Shown: in pieces, positions 33,400-44,458 of the stretch
How the letters are laid out: the number at the start of each line of letters is the position of its first letter
Position numbering within the stretch: the first letter of the stretch is position 1
Assembly (NCBI GenBank): GCA_025558095.1
Contig: JAIVFI010000003.1
Coordinates: forward strand, 1,054,001-1,118,000
Direction of reading: 5' to 3'
DNA: 64,000 bases
From: Hyaloraphidium curvatum SAG 235-1
Lineage: Eukaryota > Fungi > Monoblepharomycota
Position numbers and translations under genes: made by a program
Notes under the pieces: generated by a model
Seen by the model: the letters and a program-made list of their open reading frames with translations, nothing else
The model's database searches: none
What the model was told of the DNA's origin: nothing

Positions 33400-35016
33400 C
33401 TACTTCCACTCGATCTCCACCCTCCCCGGGCCAAACTCGTCCAGCATCTTCTCCAGCGCCGCGGGCCCGACCTCGAGCTGCGCGCATATCGCGTCGAAGC
33501 TCCTCGTCCCGTCGAGCAGCTCCCCCAGGTGCTCCAGCCCGTCGGGCGTGCTCGGCGCCGACGCCGAGGACCGCACGCCCATGCCCAGCAGCGACGTCGC
33601 CCGCGAGGGGTCCGGCGGGGGAAGCGCCGACGCCGGGGAGTCGGCGGGTTTGAGCAGCCGCGGGTAGCGGTGCACCCGCCGGAGGAAGCCCTTGGCGACG
33701 CCAAAGACGACGAGCCGGCGAATGTCGACGGCGGTGCCGGCGAGGTCGTTGTCCGACATCCACTGCTGCACCGTGGCGCCGTCGCGGAAGGCAGCGTAGA
33801 GCATGAAGACCTGCGAGAGCGTCGGGCGCGGCGCGGCCCCGGCCTCGTCGGGATCGCACGAGACGAACTCCAGGCACTGTCGACGCAGATCGTGGTCGCG
33901 CAGGAGGCGCTTGATGCCCTTGTTGACGACGTAGACGTTGGAGAACTGGAAGATGTCGACGAGCATCGCGCAGCGGTAGTGCATGAGGTGCTGCACCGCG
34001 ATCTTGACCAGGTTGAGATCCGTGTCGGCCTTGGCCGCGATCTTCTTCACATGGTCGACGCCGTTGAAGAAGGGCAGCAGGTGACGGAGGGTGAGGTCCC
34101 AGTAAGGGTTCGGGTTCGCGGCCAAGTCCACGAGGAGGAGGGGGACGTCCTGGTCGCGCACTTCCACGGGATCGGGGTACTTTGGAAAGACCTTGAGGTT
34201 GAGCGAGTTGTTGTCGTCTGACGTTGGACGGATGTAAGCGAGGTATGGACACCGGCGTCGGCATTTCCCACCAATCGGGATCCGGCACTCGTGGTACTTG
34301 TTCAGGTCCTCGATGAGCTCCTCCAGAATGTTCTGCACCGAGATGTCGGGCCGCGGCTTAGAGAGGAACTCGGTCTCGGTCTCGACGAGCCGGAACACGC
34401 GCGCGACGCGGCGCACGATGTTCTCGTAGCAGGACACGTCGGCGCTCCGCTCGAACACGAAGCAGCAGTTGAAGATGAGCGCGTTCCGCGGGTACTTTGG
34501 GTCCTCGATCATGACCGGGTGGCCGACCAGCTTCCACCGCCGCGCCGCGACCGACAGCAGCCGGTTGCACATGTCCGCTTTGGGTATCACGTACTCGGTG
34601 ACCGAGTCAAAGTCCAGATGGAGCAGCTGCGACGAGCCCTCGCTCTCGTCGTCCTTTGGGTTCGTGCCCATGGAGCCCACGTTGGACGTGATCGACGGGA
34701 AGCGCTGCAGCACCAGGTCCCTGTGGGCGGCGGCGGGATCGGGCACGGGCAGCAGCGCCTTCTCCAGCTCGTCGTCCTCCCAGGCCGGGTTCGGGTTCGC
34801 GTACGGCGGGGAGGTCGGGCGGGCGATCGGCGTCGAGCGGCCCGACGGGGAGTCCGTGGCACCAGGCGGCGGCCGCGGCGCAGGCGCAGGGTGCGCCGCA
34901 CGCACGAAGCCGTCGGGCACCTGGAACGCCACGCGCGGGCCGAACGTCGGGTGGAACTCGGCGAGGAAGATGCCGACGACCAGAGGGAAACCAGGCGGGG
35001 TCGCCGGCGCGTCCAT
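33400..35016 (-). CDS. NPR2: Nitrogen permease regulator 2 (SEACIT/GATOR1 subunit)
   Basis: IFLAEFHPTFGPRVAFQVP, DFDSVTEYVIPK, KYPRNALIFN, LNKYHECRIPI, WDLT..LLPFFNGVDHVKKIA, DIFQFSNVY, DIRRLVVFGVAKGFLRRVHRYP. Confidence 0.95.
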   Translation of the reverse strand: MDAPATPPGFPLVVGIFLAEFHPTFGPRVAFQVPDGFVRAAHPAPAPRPPPGATDSPSGRSTPIARPTSPPYANPNPAWEDDELEKALLPVPDPAAAHRDLVLQRFPSITSNVGSMGTNPKDDESEGSSQLLHLDFDSVTEYVIPKADMCNRLLSVAARRWKLVGHPVMIEDPKYPRNALIFNCCFVFERSADVSCYENIVRRVARVFRLVETETEFLSKPRPDISVQNILEELIEDLNKYHECRIPIGGKCRRRCPYLAYIRPTSDDNNSLNLKVFPKYPDPVEVRDQDVPLLLVDLAANPNPYWDLTLRHLLPFFNGVDHVKKIAAKADTDLNLVKIAVQHLMHYRCAMLVDIFQFSNVYVVNKGIKRLLRDHDLRRQCLEFVSCDPDEAGAAPRPTLSQVFMLYAAFRDGATVQQWMSDNDLAGTAVDIRRLVVFGVAKGFLRRVHRYPRLLKPADSPASALPPPDPSRATSLLGMGVRSSASAPSTPDGLEHLGELLDGTRSFDAICAQLEVGPAALEKMLDEFGPGRVEIEWK

Positions 35017-35178
35017 CGCGCCGGCGCGACGCGTCCCGCGCTTCCCAAAAGCGAGACACTATCGGGCTCCTCGTCCGAGGCGCGAACGAGGCATTTGAGG
35101 GCCTGCCTCTTCACTGGCTGCCGTGGCGGTGTTGCCGGCAGCTCGCCGCCAGCGTCGCCATCACGTTCGCGCCGCAAA

Positions 35179-36857
35179 ATGCCCGGCCCCCGCTTCCCAC
35201 TTCCCGCCCCTCATCGCCCTCTCCCTCCCCTCCGACGCGCCTTCTCTGGCCCCTCGCAGCACCTCCCGGGCTCCATGCCGCACCGACACGTCCGTACCGG
35301 CCCCCCTCACCCCGGAACGCGGCTCACTCATCGGACGGCAGATCGAGTGCTATGTCTCCAAATGCACGGATCCGTGGCTCAATCTCGCGGCGGAGGACTG
35401 GTTGGACGCGTTCCGTGTCGGAGGGAGGGGTCAATGGGGGCTGACGACGCGTTCCGTCGGGCAAGGCTGTTCTCGAAGCTCCGGCCCGAGTCGTACCTCC
35501 TGTTTCTGTGGCGAAATAGGGCGTGCGTGGTCATTGGACGGAACCAGGTGGATGTGGACGCGGTGTTGCGGGGTGAACGGGCCGGCTGACGCCCTGTCCG
35601 TCCCCAGAATCCTTGGAAGGAGGTCAACATGGGCGCGCTCGAGGCCAGGGGCGTCCCGCTCGTCCGCCGTAAGAGCGGCGGGGGCACCGTGTTCCACGTG
35701 GGTCTCCCTCCACCCTCCCCTTCCCTCGCCCGGCCATCGAACTCTTCTCCGGTGCCAGGACCTCGGAAACTCCGTGTACACGGTCATGATGCCCCGCGCC
35801 GAGTTCCGCCGGGCCTTCTCCGCCGAGCTGGTCGTGCGCGCGCTGCGGGAGGAGGATGTACCGGCGGAGGTTACGCCGCGGTTCGACATCGCCGTGGGCG
35901 GCAAGAAGATGGGTGTTCTGGCTTTCCGGTTGCGAGGGAAAGCGGTCCTGATTTGCTGGACGGCCTTTCCACGTGTCGGGATCGGCCTACAAGATCGTGA
36001 CCAATTCGGCGTACCACCACGGCACCATGCTGATCGACAGCGACCTCGACCTGCTCCGGCAGCTCCTCAAGGTCTCCAAGGTCCTCTCCCCGCTCCGTCC
36101 TGGTGCCCGCTTGCTGACGCCGCCGCCGCAGCCCAACATCGTCACCAAGGGCGTCGAATCCGTCCCCTCCCCCGTCGCACGCTTGCGCGACGTGAGCTAC
36201 ACGATCGACCACCCGACCTTCTGCGCGGCCGTGCACGCCGAGTTCTGCAGGACCTTCGGGAAGCACCCTGCCTCGGTGCCGGTGGGTCTACCGGTCGGGG
36301 GGACAAAGTGGGCGAGGCTGATTCGGCGGCAGATGGTGCCTATTTCCGAGGAAGAGATGCTGGCTAACCGCAAGATCGTCGAGACGGCCGCGGAGCTCAA
36401 GGTCTGTGTCGCCGCGGCGCGCCGGCGCGGGGCGGGCTGACGCGCTGGCAGAGCTGGGAATGGACCTACGGCCAGACCCCCGAGTTCACCAACTCCTTCC
36501 CCGCCGAATTCGATTGGGGCCGCGTGGTGGGTCGCTCGAACACTTTAGTCGAAAGGCAGACGCTGACGTGCGGGCAGGACGTCGCCATCCGGTCCAAGGA
36601 CGGGTTGATCACCGAGGCCCGATTCGACGCGGAGGACGATCCGGCATTGCAAGCGCGGCTGGAAGCCGTTTCTGGGCTGATCACGGGTGCGTTCTCTCCA
36701 TTTGCCCTGTCGAACTCGCGACTGACGTCCTTCCGAAGGCAAACCGTACGGCCCCTCCACCCTCTCCGCCGCATTCTCCGCCCTCGCATCCCATCTTTCC
36801 TCCTCCGCCCGCGATCCGCTCTCCGACCTCGCCCGGGCGGTCGTGGAAGCCGCGTGA
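35179..36857 (+). CDS. Lipoate-protein ligase A / lipoyltransferase (Aim22/Lip3/LIPT1-like), multi-exon
   Basis: DPWLNLAAEDW, LFLWRN..CVVIGRNQ|NPWKEVN, VRRKSGGGTVFH|DLGNSVY, SGSAYKI..AYHHGTML, TKGVESVPSPV, SWEWTYGQTPEF; TGA at 36855-36857. Confidence 0.9.
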
Positions 36858-36946
36858 CGTTTCGGGGACCCATTTGCCATCGGGGGACTCGTGCTGCGCC
36901 CGGGTCGGCGTCACACCGGGGAGCTTCCCGGACGCGATTCCCGCCG

Positions 36947-38935
36947 ATGCCGGCGCGATCGCGGCTGCAAACCGCACGGAATGGACGGACAAAGCGATGT
37001 CGTGGCGGCGGGGCGGGATTCGCGCGGGCATCGCTCTTGGCGGTCCTCGCGGCCTGCCTGCCGCACTTCCGCGCGGCATCGGCGCAGGCTGCCTCGCCGT
37101 GGGCCCCGCTGCTCTCCGCCTCGCTTTATTACTACGAGGCGCAGCGTGCGGGCAGGCTGCCGCCCGGAAATCGGGTCCCGTGGCGCGGGGACTCGGCACT
37201 GACGGACGGGCAGGACATCGGCGTGGACCTCTCGGGGGGTTACTTTGACGCCGGGGACCACATGAAGTTTTCTTTCCCGCTGGGCAACGTGATTACCTCG
37301 CTGGCGTGGGGCGGCGTCGAGTTTGCGGACGGGTTCGAGCGGGCAGGGGAGACGACCAACCTGAGGGCGGCGGTCAAGTGGGGCACGGACTGGCTCGCCG
37401 CCGCGCACTTCGAACCGCGCAAGCTGGCCGTGCAGGTCGGCAACATGTCCGTGGACCACTCCCGGTGGACCTCGCACGAGGACCTGCCGCTCCCCCGGCC
37501 GACGCTCGTCATCGACGACCGGCGGCCGGGCACCGACGCCGCCGCGCAGGCCGCCGCCGCCCTCGCCGCCGCCTCGATGCTCTTCCTCCCCGACTCGCGC
37601 GGCGAGATCCCACCGGGATGGGGCCCGCGGTACCCGAAATACCGGACGAGGCTGCTCCGCCACGCGCGCGAGCTGTTCGACTTCGCGCTCACCGCCCCGC
37701 GCGCGCGGTACCAGGATTCGGTCCCCGCCGCGGGCGAGGCGTACGCGTCGTCGGGGTACGACGACGAGCTGCTCTACGCCGCGCTGTGGCTGGCCCGGGC
37801 GACGGGGAGGAATGACTACGCGGAAGTGGCGGGGGAGATGTACGACCGGCTGGCGGTGGCAGGGATGGCCGAGGGCGGCGGGGAGGCGCCGGTGCACGAT
37901 TGGAACAGCAAGTGGGGCGGGTGCATCGTGCTGGCCGCCTTGGTGCTCCCCGGCCTGCAGTACCCGCGCGCCGCGGCCAGGTACTTGGACCGCCTCATGC
38001 CGGGGCGCCACCCGTTCACCCCGGGGGGCATGTGGTGGAGCGACGCCATGAGCAACTGGCAGTCCTTGGGAGGGGCGGGCAACCACGCGTTCCTCGCCGC
38101 CGTCTTTGCCCGCGGGGTGGTGGACCCGGGGCGGACGGGGAACGGGACGGCGAGCCCGGCGCGGAGGCGGGCCTACACCGATTTCGCGCGCAGCCAGGCG
38201 CGGTACATGTTCGGAGAGAACCCGCGCAACGCGACCTACATGGTCGGCGTCGCCGGAAACTCCCCGAAGCGGATCCACCACGCCACCGCCGCCGGGCCCG
38301 ACCAGTACTCCCCCGGCCCGAATTTGCACACCCTCACGGGGGCGATCGTCAACGGCCCCGGCAAATCTGACGAGTGGGCGGACGACAGGGCGGACTATGT
38401 CAGGAACGAGGCGGCACTGAACACAGCGGGCATGTGGACGGGGGTGCTGGCGTTCCTCTGCGCCGAGGGGGGAGCGGGGCCGGCATTCAGCAACTCGACC
38501 TTGCGGGGCGGGGGGAACGTGCTGGGAACTTACGACTGGGGGCAGAAGGACGAGCAGGATCCGTTTGGCGACGACGGGACGCCGTCCTCTGCTCCCGAGG
38601 CGACCTCCTCACCGACCCCATCCCCCCAACCTCCGGCCGGCACCTCCTCAGTCCTTTCGGCCCCCCCGCCGGCCTCCTTCTCCGCCGGCGCGATCGCCGG
38701 CATCGTGCTCGGCACCCTCCTCGGCCTGGCCCTCCTGCTCGTTTGCTGCTACGCCTGCTATTCCCGGTACCGCCGCCGCCGGGAGTGGCGCCGGCTGGGG
38801 GAGGAGAACGTGGACGGGTACGACTGGTCGATGTTTGCCGCCAAGGGGGGGATGGACAAGGAGCTGCCGAGGACGAGCGAGGAGACGCTGGTGCCGAGCT
38901 CGGCAGGGTCCCTGGGGCGCAGCGAGGCCGGATGA
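36947..38935 (+). CDS. GH9 endoglucanase with signal region, Pro/Ser/Thr linker and C-terminal transmembrane helix; intronless
   Basis: LYYYEAQRAG, DLSGGYFDAGD (catalytic Asps), VKWGTDWL, SSGYDDEL, PKRIHH, DDRADYVRNE (catalytic Glu), TM AIAGIVLGTLLGLALLLVCCY followed by RRRR. Confidence 0.93.
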   Translation: MPARSRLQTARNGRTKRCRGGGAGFARASLLAVLAACLPHFRAASAQAASPWAPLLSASLYYYEAQRAGRLPPGNRVPWRGDSALTDGQDIGVDLSGGYFDAGDHMKFSFPLGNVITSLAWGGVEFADGFERAGETTNLRAAVKWGTDWLAAAHFEPRKLAVQVGNMSVDHSRWTSHEDLPLPRPTLVIDDRRPGTDAAAQAAAALAAASMLFLPDSRGEIPPGWGPRYPKYRTRLLRHARELFDFALTAPRARYQDSVPAAGEAYASSGYDDELLYAALWLARATGRNDYAEVAGEMYDRLAVAGMAEGGGEAPVHDWNSKWGGCIVLAALVLPGLQYPRAAARYLDRLMPGRHPFTPGGMWWSDAMSNWQSLGGAGNHAFLAAVFARGVVDPGRTGNGTASPARRRAYTDFARSQARYMFGENPRNATYMVGVAGNSPKRIHHATAAGPDQYSPGPNLHTLTGAIVNGPGKSDEWADDRADYVRNEAALNTAGMWTGVLAFLCAEGGAGPAFSNSTLRGGGNVLGTYDWGQKDEQDPFGDDGTPSSAPEATSSPTPSPQPPAGTSSVLSAPPPASFSAGAIAGIVLGTLLGLALLLVCCYACYSRYRRRREWRRLGEENVDGYDWSMFAAKGGMDKELPRTSEETLVPSSAGSLGRSEAG

Positions 38936-39470
38936 CGCAAACTTTGTACCCGGAAGCTATCTACATGGCGTATTTGGCGACGATCGGGGCTTTCCAACCG
39001 CTCCTAGTGGGATGGGGGACGGGGCTGTCCGTGTTTGACGGCGGTTTGGGGCGTTTTGGCCGCCTGCCCGGCCGGGTGCGGCGCCTCCCTGTATCCCCCT
39101 GTAATTCCCCTATCTCCCAGCTATTTTCCCGTGCGATCGGGCGTCTTTTGGGCCTCCCCGGCGCGTGATTTTGTTGTTTGGGTTCATGGGTCACGTGCTC
39201 CCCGCCAGTGGCGCGCGGCCGCAGTGCGAGCCGAGCCGTACGCCCAGCGCAGACCGCTATTGAGCCCGCGCCGCACACCCGTCCGCCCCGTCTAATTCGG
39301 TGCGTGCCCGCCTTCCCCCGCGGCGCCCGGCCGACCCGCCGCGTCGCCCCGCGTGCGCCGCAGCCGCGCGGCGCCGCCGTATGCCGTTTCCGCGGGGCGG
39401 CCCGGGCGCCCGCCGGGACGCGCGCAACCGCTGACACCTCCCGCCCCCGCCAGACCTTAATCCCGCAAAT

Positions 39471-40219
39471 ATGCCCAAGGCGCCGAAGGAGCCCAAGGAG
39501 AAGAAGGTGCGAAACGCGCCGCCGGGGCTCCGGCACCCCCAGGCGGCCCGCTCACGCCCCATCCGCCGCCCCGCCCCGCCCCGCCGACCGCCCCCCGCAG
39601 GAGAAGGCCGGCGGCAAGAAGAAGGCCGACAAGGACCCCAACGCCCCCAAGAAGCCGGCTTCGGGTGGGTTTCTGGACGACTGGACCCCCCCGGACCCCC
39701 CTGACCGCCCAACCGTCGACCGTCCCAGCCTACATGCTGTTCTCGTCCGCCAAGCGCGCGGAGGTCAAGGCCGAGAACCCTGACGCTGGCTTCGGTGCGC
39801 TGCCCTGCCGGTGGCCCCCCTGCGGACCGTTCTGACCCCTCCTTTTCATTTTGATCCGACCAACCGCGGCCTCCCTTGCCCCCTACCCCGCTTGTGACGG
39901 CAGGCGAAATCGGCAAGCTCCTCGGCGCGGCGTGGAAGGACGTCTCGGACGCGGAGAAGAAGAAGTACGAGGCGCTCGCCAAGGAGGCCAAGGAGCAGTA
40001 CGAGAAGGACCTGGCCGAGTACAAGGTTCGGCGCTCGTTGCCCCATCCCGCACCTTGCTGATCCGTTGCTTTCCCCCCTCCTCCTGCCTTTCCTTCTTCC
40101 TCTCTCTTCCCTGCCCCTTCCCTCCTTCCCCTTCCTTTCCACTGTCGTGGCGTTGCCCCGTTCTGCAGAAGAGCGGCGGCGGCAAGGCCGAGAAAGCCGA
40201 CGACGACGACGAGGAGTAG
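39471..40219 (+). CDS. NHP6: HMG-box non-histone protein NHP6, 5 coding exons
   Basis: MPKAPKEPKEKK|EKAGGKKKADKDPNAPKKPAS|AYMLFSSAKRAEVKAENPDAGF|GEIGKLLGAAWK..KKKYEALA..KEQYEKDLAEYK|KSGG..DDDDEE. Confidence 0.93.
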
Positions 40220-40902
40220 CCCCCTCCTTCCGCCTTCAGTGCCGGGGTTCATCGTATGTAGCTTTTCCGTGGAATAATCGCGTTTGTTCGTAAGCTCTGG
40301 CGGTCCGACGCCGTCGGGCCGGGGAGGGGCGACCTGCTGTGCAACAACGAGCGGCACGGCTAGGCCACGGTATGACGGGCGCCGGGAAGTACCGTCGCGC
40401 CGAACTATCCGTTAATTTGCTCCATGTCGCTCCGAGGCGAAGCGTTTCGTCCGGCGCCGGCCATCAACCGTCAGACCTGTTCCGTCGCGCTGCCGGTTGA
40501 CGATTGACGACCGCACTGCCGGAGACAGGCGCCGAGCGGATCCGTCCAACGAAGACTGGGGCACATGGACCGCCATGTACATTGCGAATTAGCCCCCATT
40601 CGGCGTCGGTCGTCAGCGGCGGCTCATGCTCGCCTCCGCGGCCGCCCGAAGGACGCGGTCGGGGGCGCACACCGTGAACGGCGCCGAGAAGACTAAGGAG
40701 GGAGGTGAAGATTTCCTGCCAGCGGTTCTATTGGAAGAATGCGCCCCGCGGCCGTTCCAAGGAGAGATGACGCTGAAACTCGAGGAGAGGGAAAGTTCCA
40801 CCGCCGATTCTCGATCCATCGAACACTCCTTTCGCCACGCGTCTCCCACAAAGCATTGCCGCAATCGGCCCTCGTCGGACCGCTCCGCTGCACTCGTGAG
40901 CC

Positions 40903-41858
40903 ATGACGATCGAAGTCCTGGGCGGCGGCATCCACCGCACCGGCACCGTCTCCCTCCGCGAGGCCCTGAACATCCTGGGCTACAAGTGCCTAGTAGGCAC
41001 TTCGCATGGTGCGAGTGCAAGTCGTGCCGATCCCCCCGCACGTGGGACGACGGGCAGCCGGCCTCGCCGTCGCCGCTGGATGCCATCAGGCAGAAGGGCG
41101 AGGTGCACGCTCGTACCAAGTGCTACCACTCCTTCGACTCGTTCCCCCACACGCCGGAAATTCTCCCCGTGACGTCCGGGTGGGCTCGCGCCCGGAACGC
41201 TGCCCCGCGAGCCGTCCTTGACGCCCTGCAGGGCCACCTTCCCCCTCGGGAACAAATTCATGTGGGACCTGGGGCTCGGCCGGTGGAACAACGATCTGCG
41301 GCCGGCGTGCGACGCGTTCTTCGGCCCCGGCGGGTACGACGCCGCCGTGGACCAGTGCTGGGCCTATCCCGAGCTCCGCCGCGCGTACCCGGATGCGAAG
41401 GTGATCCTGACCGTCCGCGATCCCGAGGAGTGGTATCGCAGCTACATGACCAACCTCGTGGCCTTTGATGCCTGCGCGATGATCGCCGACCTCGATGCGG
41501 GGGGCCATTTGGGGAACGGGGTGTCGCCCTTCCATCCCGGGGCAATGGGTGTGATGAGGATCCTCGGGAGCGATTACCGCAAGGTGGTATCGCCGTGCGA
41601 TGGGAATCCCCTCGCCTGACACGTACCTGGGCCGCCTAGGAGCGGGCGATCCAGATCTTCAACGAGTGGAACGAGGCCATCAAGGCCGAGGTGCCCTCAG
41701 AGAAGCTCCTCGTCTTGGACGTCCGGCAGGGCTGGGAACCCCTCTGTCGGTTCCTAATTCGGATCGGCTCCCTTATGTTTGGTTGGAACGTGGGTTCGGC
41801 TGGGAGACGGTGTCAGCGCGGGAACCGCGCCTCGCGACGTATTCAGGATTCGGAGTAG
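40903..41858 (+). pseudogene. P-loop sulfotransferase-like (Sulfotransfer_4) gene with an insertion and a non-homologous C-terminus
   Basis: IEVLGGGIHRTGTVSLREALNILGYKC, YPDAKVILTVRDPEEWYRS, VPSEKLLVLDVRQGWEPLCRFL. The usual following 'G.PVP..PFP' is absent. 134-nt insertion at 40990-41123. Confidence 0.65.
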
Positions 41859-41962
41859 CGGCTACTGCTTTTTCGCAAATAGGCTCTACTGATTGTCCAT
41901 AAAGATCACCCAAAAAAGAGTAGAGAGACAAGCTTCTCCCTTTCTTCATGAACCCTTCCCCT

Positions 41963-44458
41963 CTAAACCAACACCGCGAAAGCGGCCGCGGCGGCCCCGA
42001 TCACGGCCCCCACCGCCCCCGTGCCGAGGCGTCCGGCGGACGCGGGCTTGCTGGTCGAAACGGTGGCCGTGGCGGTGGCGGTCGGCGCAACCGTGGACGT
42101 GGTCGGGCTGCCCAGGGACTTGCACGCTGCGGCCGCAGACGGTCACGATCGCGGACGGGGTCACGGATCGTGCGGCACCCACTGAACTGCACCGAGTCCT
42201 CGACGTGGTGGAGCGGGAAGCCGGTGCAGAAGCCCAGGGTCGAGATCGTGGTGACGTTGGAGACGGCGGCGGAGCACTTGGAATCCGTGTAGAAAGCGAC
42301 AGTGCGGGCGGTGCAGTCTCCCTTGGCTGCAATCGGGGATTAGGAGCTGAGCATCCGTGCGTTGTCGTCCGCGATACTGGAACCCACCGTAAAAGGTCCC
42401 GGGCAGATCGGGATCCTCCAGCGCGACACAGCCTCCCGAAGGCACGGCGAGGATGTGCTCCACGGTTCCCGGGTGGCAACCCACGTCGCCGTACACGGTG
42501 CCGACGGCCCACTGCCCCGACGCCGAGGGCGGAACCACGAGCTCGAGCCTTTCGGTGCACGTGGAGATGTACGAGTGGCCGTCGGCGTCGGTCTCGCAGA
42601 CGGAGGGGTCCTCCTTCGCGTGCTCGGCGCAGGTGGTGGCGTTGCCGGCGTCGGTCATTTCCGAGACGAAGATGACTGCGGCGGGCGATGGGTCAGTGGA
42701 TGGGACAGTGCGGGCGAGGAGCGCGCACATTCAACAGCTCCCTGGTGAAACAGAAGGCGGCGATCAGTGAGACACTTCAAAAAGACAGGTCGTGCGCACG
42801 CACCGTGCAGTTCTTCCCGGCAAAGTAGGCCGACGACTCGTGCAGGGTCGGCGCGAGCTCCCGGCACACTGCGCTGCGTTAGGTCCCCGAAGGACTCATC
42901 GACTTGCGACGGCACCCACCGAACCTGATCGCGTCGTCCGAGTGGAAGAGCGGGAAGCCCGTGCAGACGTCGGTGGTCGGGACCGCAGAGACGTTGCCGA
43001 CGGGCACGGTGCAGGCGGAGTTGGTGAACACGGCGACGGTCCCAGCGGCGCAGTCGGCCTTGGCTGCGGGATCTTAAGCTTTTGCCCGCAATGAGCCTGC
43101 GCCGCAGGATACCCACCGTAGAACCCGTTGGCCGCGATGCTGTTGTCCCCGAGCGCGGTGCACGCCCCGCTCGGCAGCGCCATCACCTGCTCCGCCCCGC
43201 CCTCGGGGCAGGAGCGTCCCTCGTACAGCGTGCCGACGGCGAACTGCCCAGAGGCCCCCGCGGGGACGACCAGCTCGAGGTCCTGGGTGCAGGTGGTGCG
43301 GGAGCTGTGGCCGTCGGCGTCGGGTTCGCAGGTCGAGGGGTGGACCGTGTCGTGCTCGGCGCAGGTGGTGGCGTTGCCCCCGTCGGTCATGGCGTTGACG
43401 TAGATCACTGCGGGTGGAGTATTGGATCAGATCAACCCAGCTGCGTGCGTCAGGTGACAGCTGCAAAGCCCACGTTCGATATTGCCCTGATTAGTACAAG
43501 GGCGGAGCGGGGTCAGATCTTCCGGCCGAGCAATTGCAAAGAACGATCTATACCGTGCAGTTCTTGCCGTTGTAGAACACCGTGTTCTCGTAGAGCTTGG
43601 CCCCTAGGGTCCTGCACTCTTTTTGCGGTCGCGGGTCAGCTCAGTCCGCGCTCGCCACCGCTTCGTCGTCTCACCAAACTGGATCGAGTCGTTGGCGTGC
43701 ACCAGGGGGAAGGGGGCGCAGGTCCCGTTGGCGGCCAGCGTGGTGATGTTGCCCGTGGGCTTGGTGCAAGCGGCGTCGGTGTAGAAGGCGATGGATTCGG
43801 AAGCGCAGTTGGCCCTCGCTGCCGCGGAGAAGGTGGGCTTGGTTGGAGACGGAAGCTTCAAAGCCGGTTTGGCCCACCATAGAAGTTGCCCTCGGCCGTG
43901 GCACCCTCGAGCGCGGTGCACGCTCCGGCGGGCAGCGCGTGGATTTCCTCCGCGGTCCCATCCCCGCAACCCGGCCCATCAAACAGCGTGCCGACCATGA
44001 ACTCGGCCGCGTATCCCTTGGGGAGCACGGGCTGGAGGCTGTCAGTGCAGCTGACGAAGACCGAGTGGCCGTCAGCGTCGGCCGCGCACTTTGGGACGTG
44101 CACGGCTTCGTGTTCGGCGCAGGTGGTGGCGTTGCCGGCGTCGGTCATGGCGCCGACGACGAGGTCTGGCGAGGGGAGGAGTGGCGTGAGTCAGGGAGGA
44201 CGAAGAACGGGTGGCCGTCCCACATTCGACGGGGCCCTGGCGACGGCGAGGTCACCGACATCGAGTTTTGACGGGCGTCGTGCGAGGACGACGGGAGGAA
44301 AGTCGGTCAGTGCAGTCCGCGGTCCCGCGAGGGACGCGCACCGAGCAGTCCTTGGACGCGAAAAACGCCGAGCTCTCGTAAAGCTCGGCATCGGCGCCGC
44401 GTGCGGCAGCAAGAAACGCGAGGGCGAACAGCGCAACGGCAGCGGGAAGGCGCGGCAT
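41963..44458 (-). CDS. Secreted, probably GPI-anchored Cys-rich protein with three tandem repeats of an unrecognised domain
   Basis: Signal MPRLPAAVALFALAFLAAARGADA; MTD(A/G)GNATTCAEH at 44148, 43390 and 42658; Thr-rich stalk; hydrophobic end GAVGAVIGAAAAAFAVLV; TAG at 41963-41965. Confidence 0.85.
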
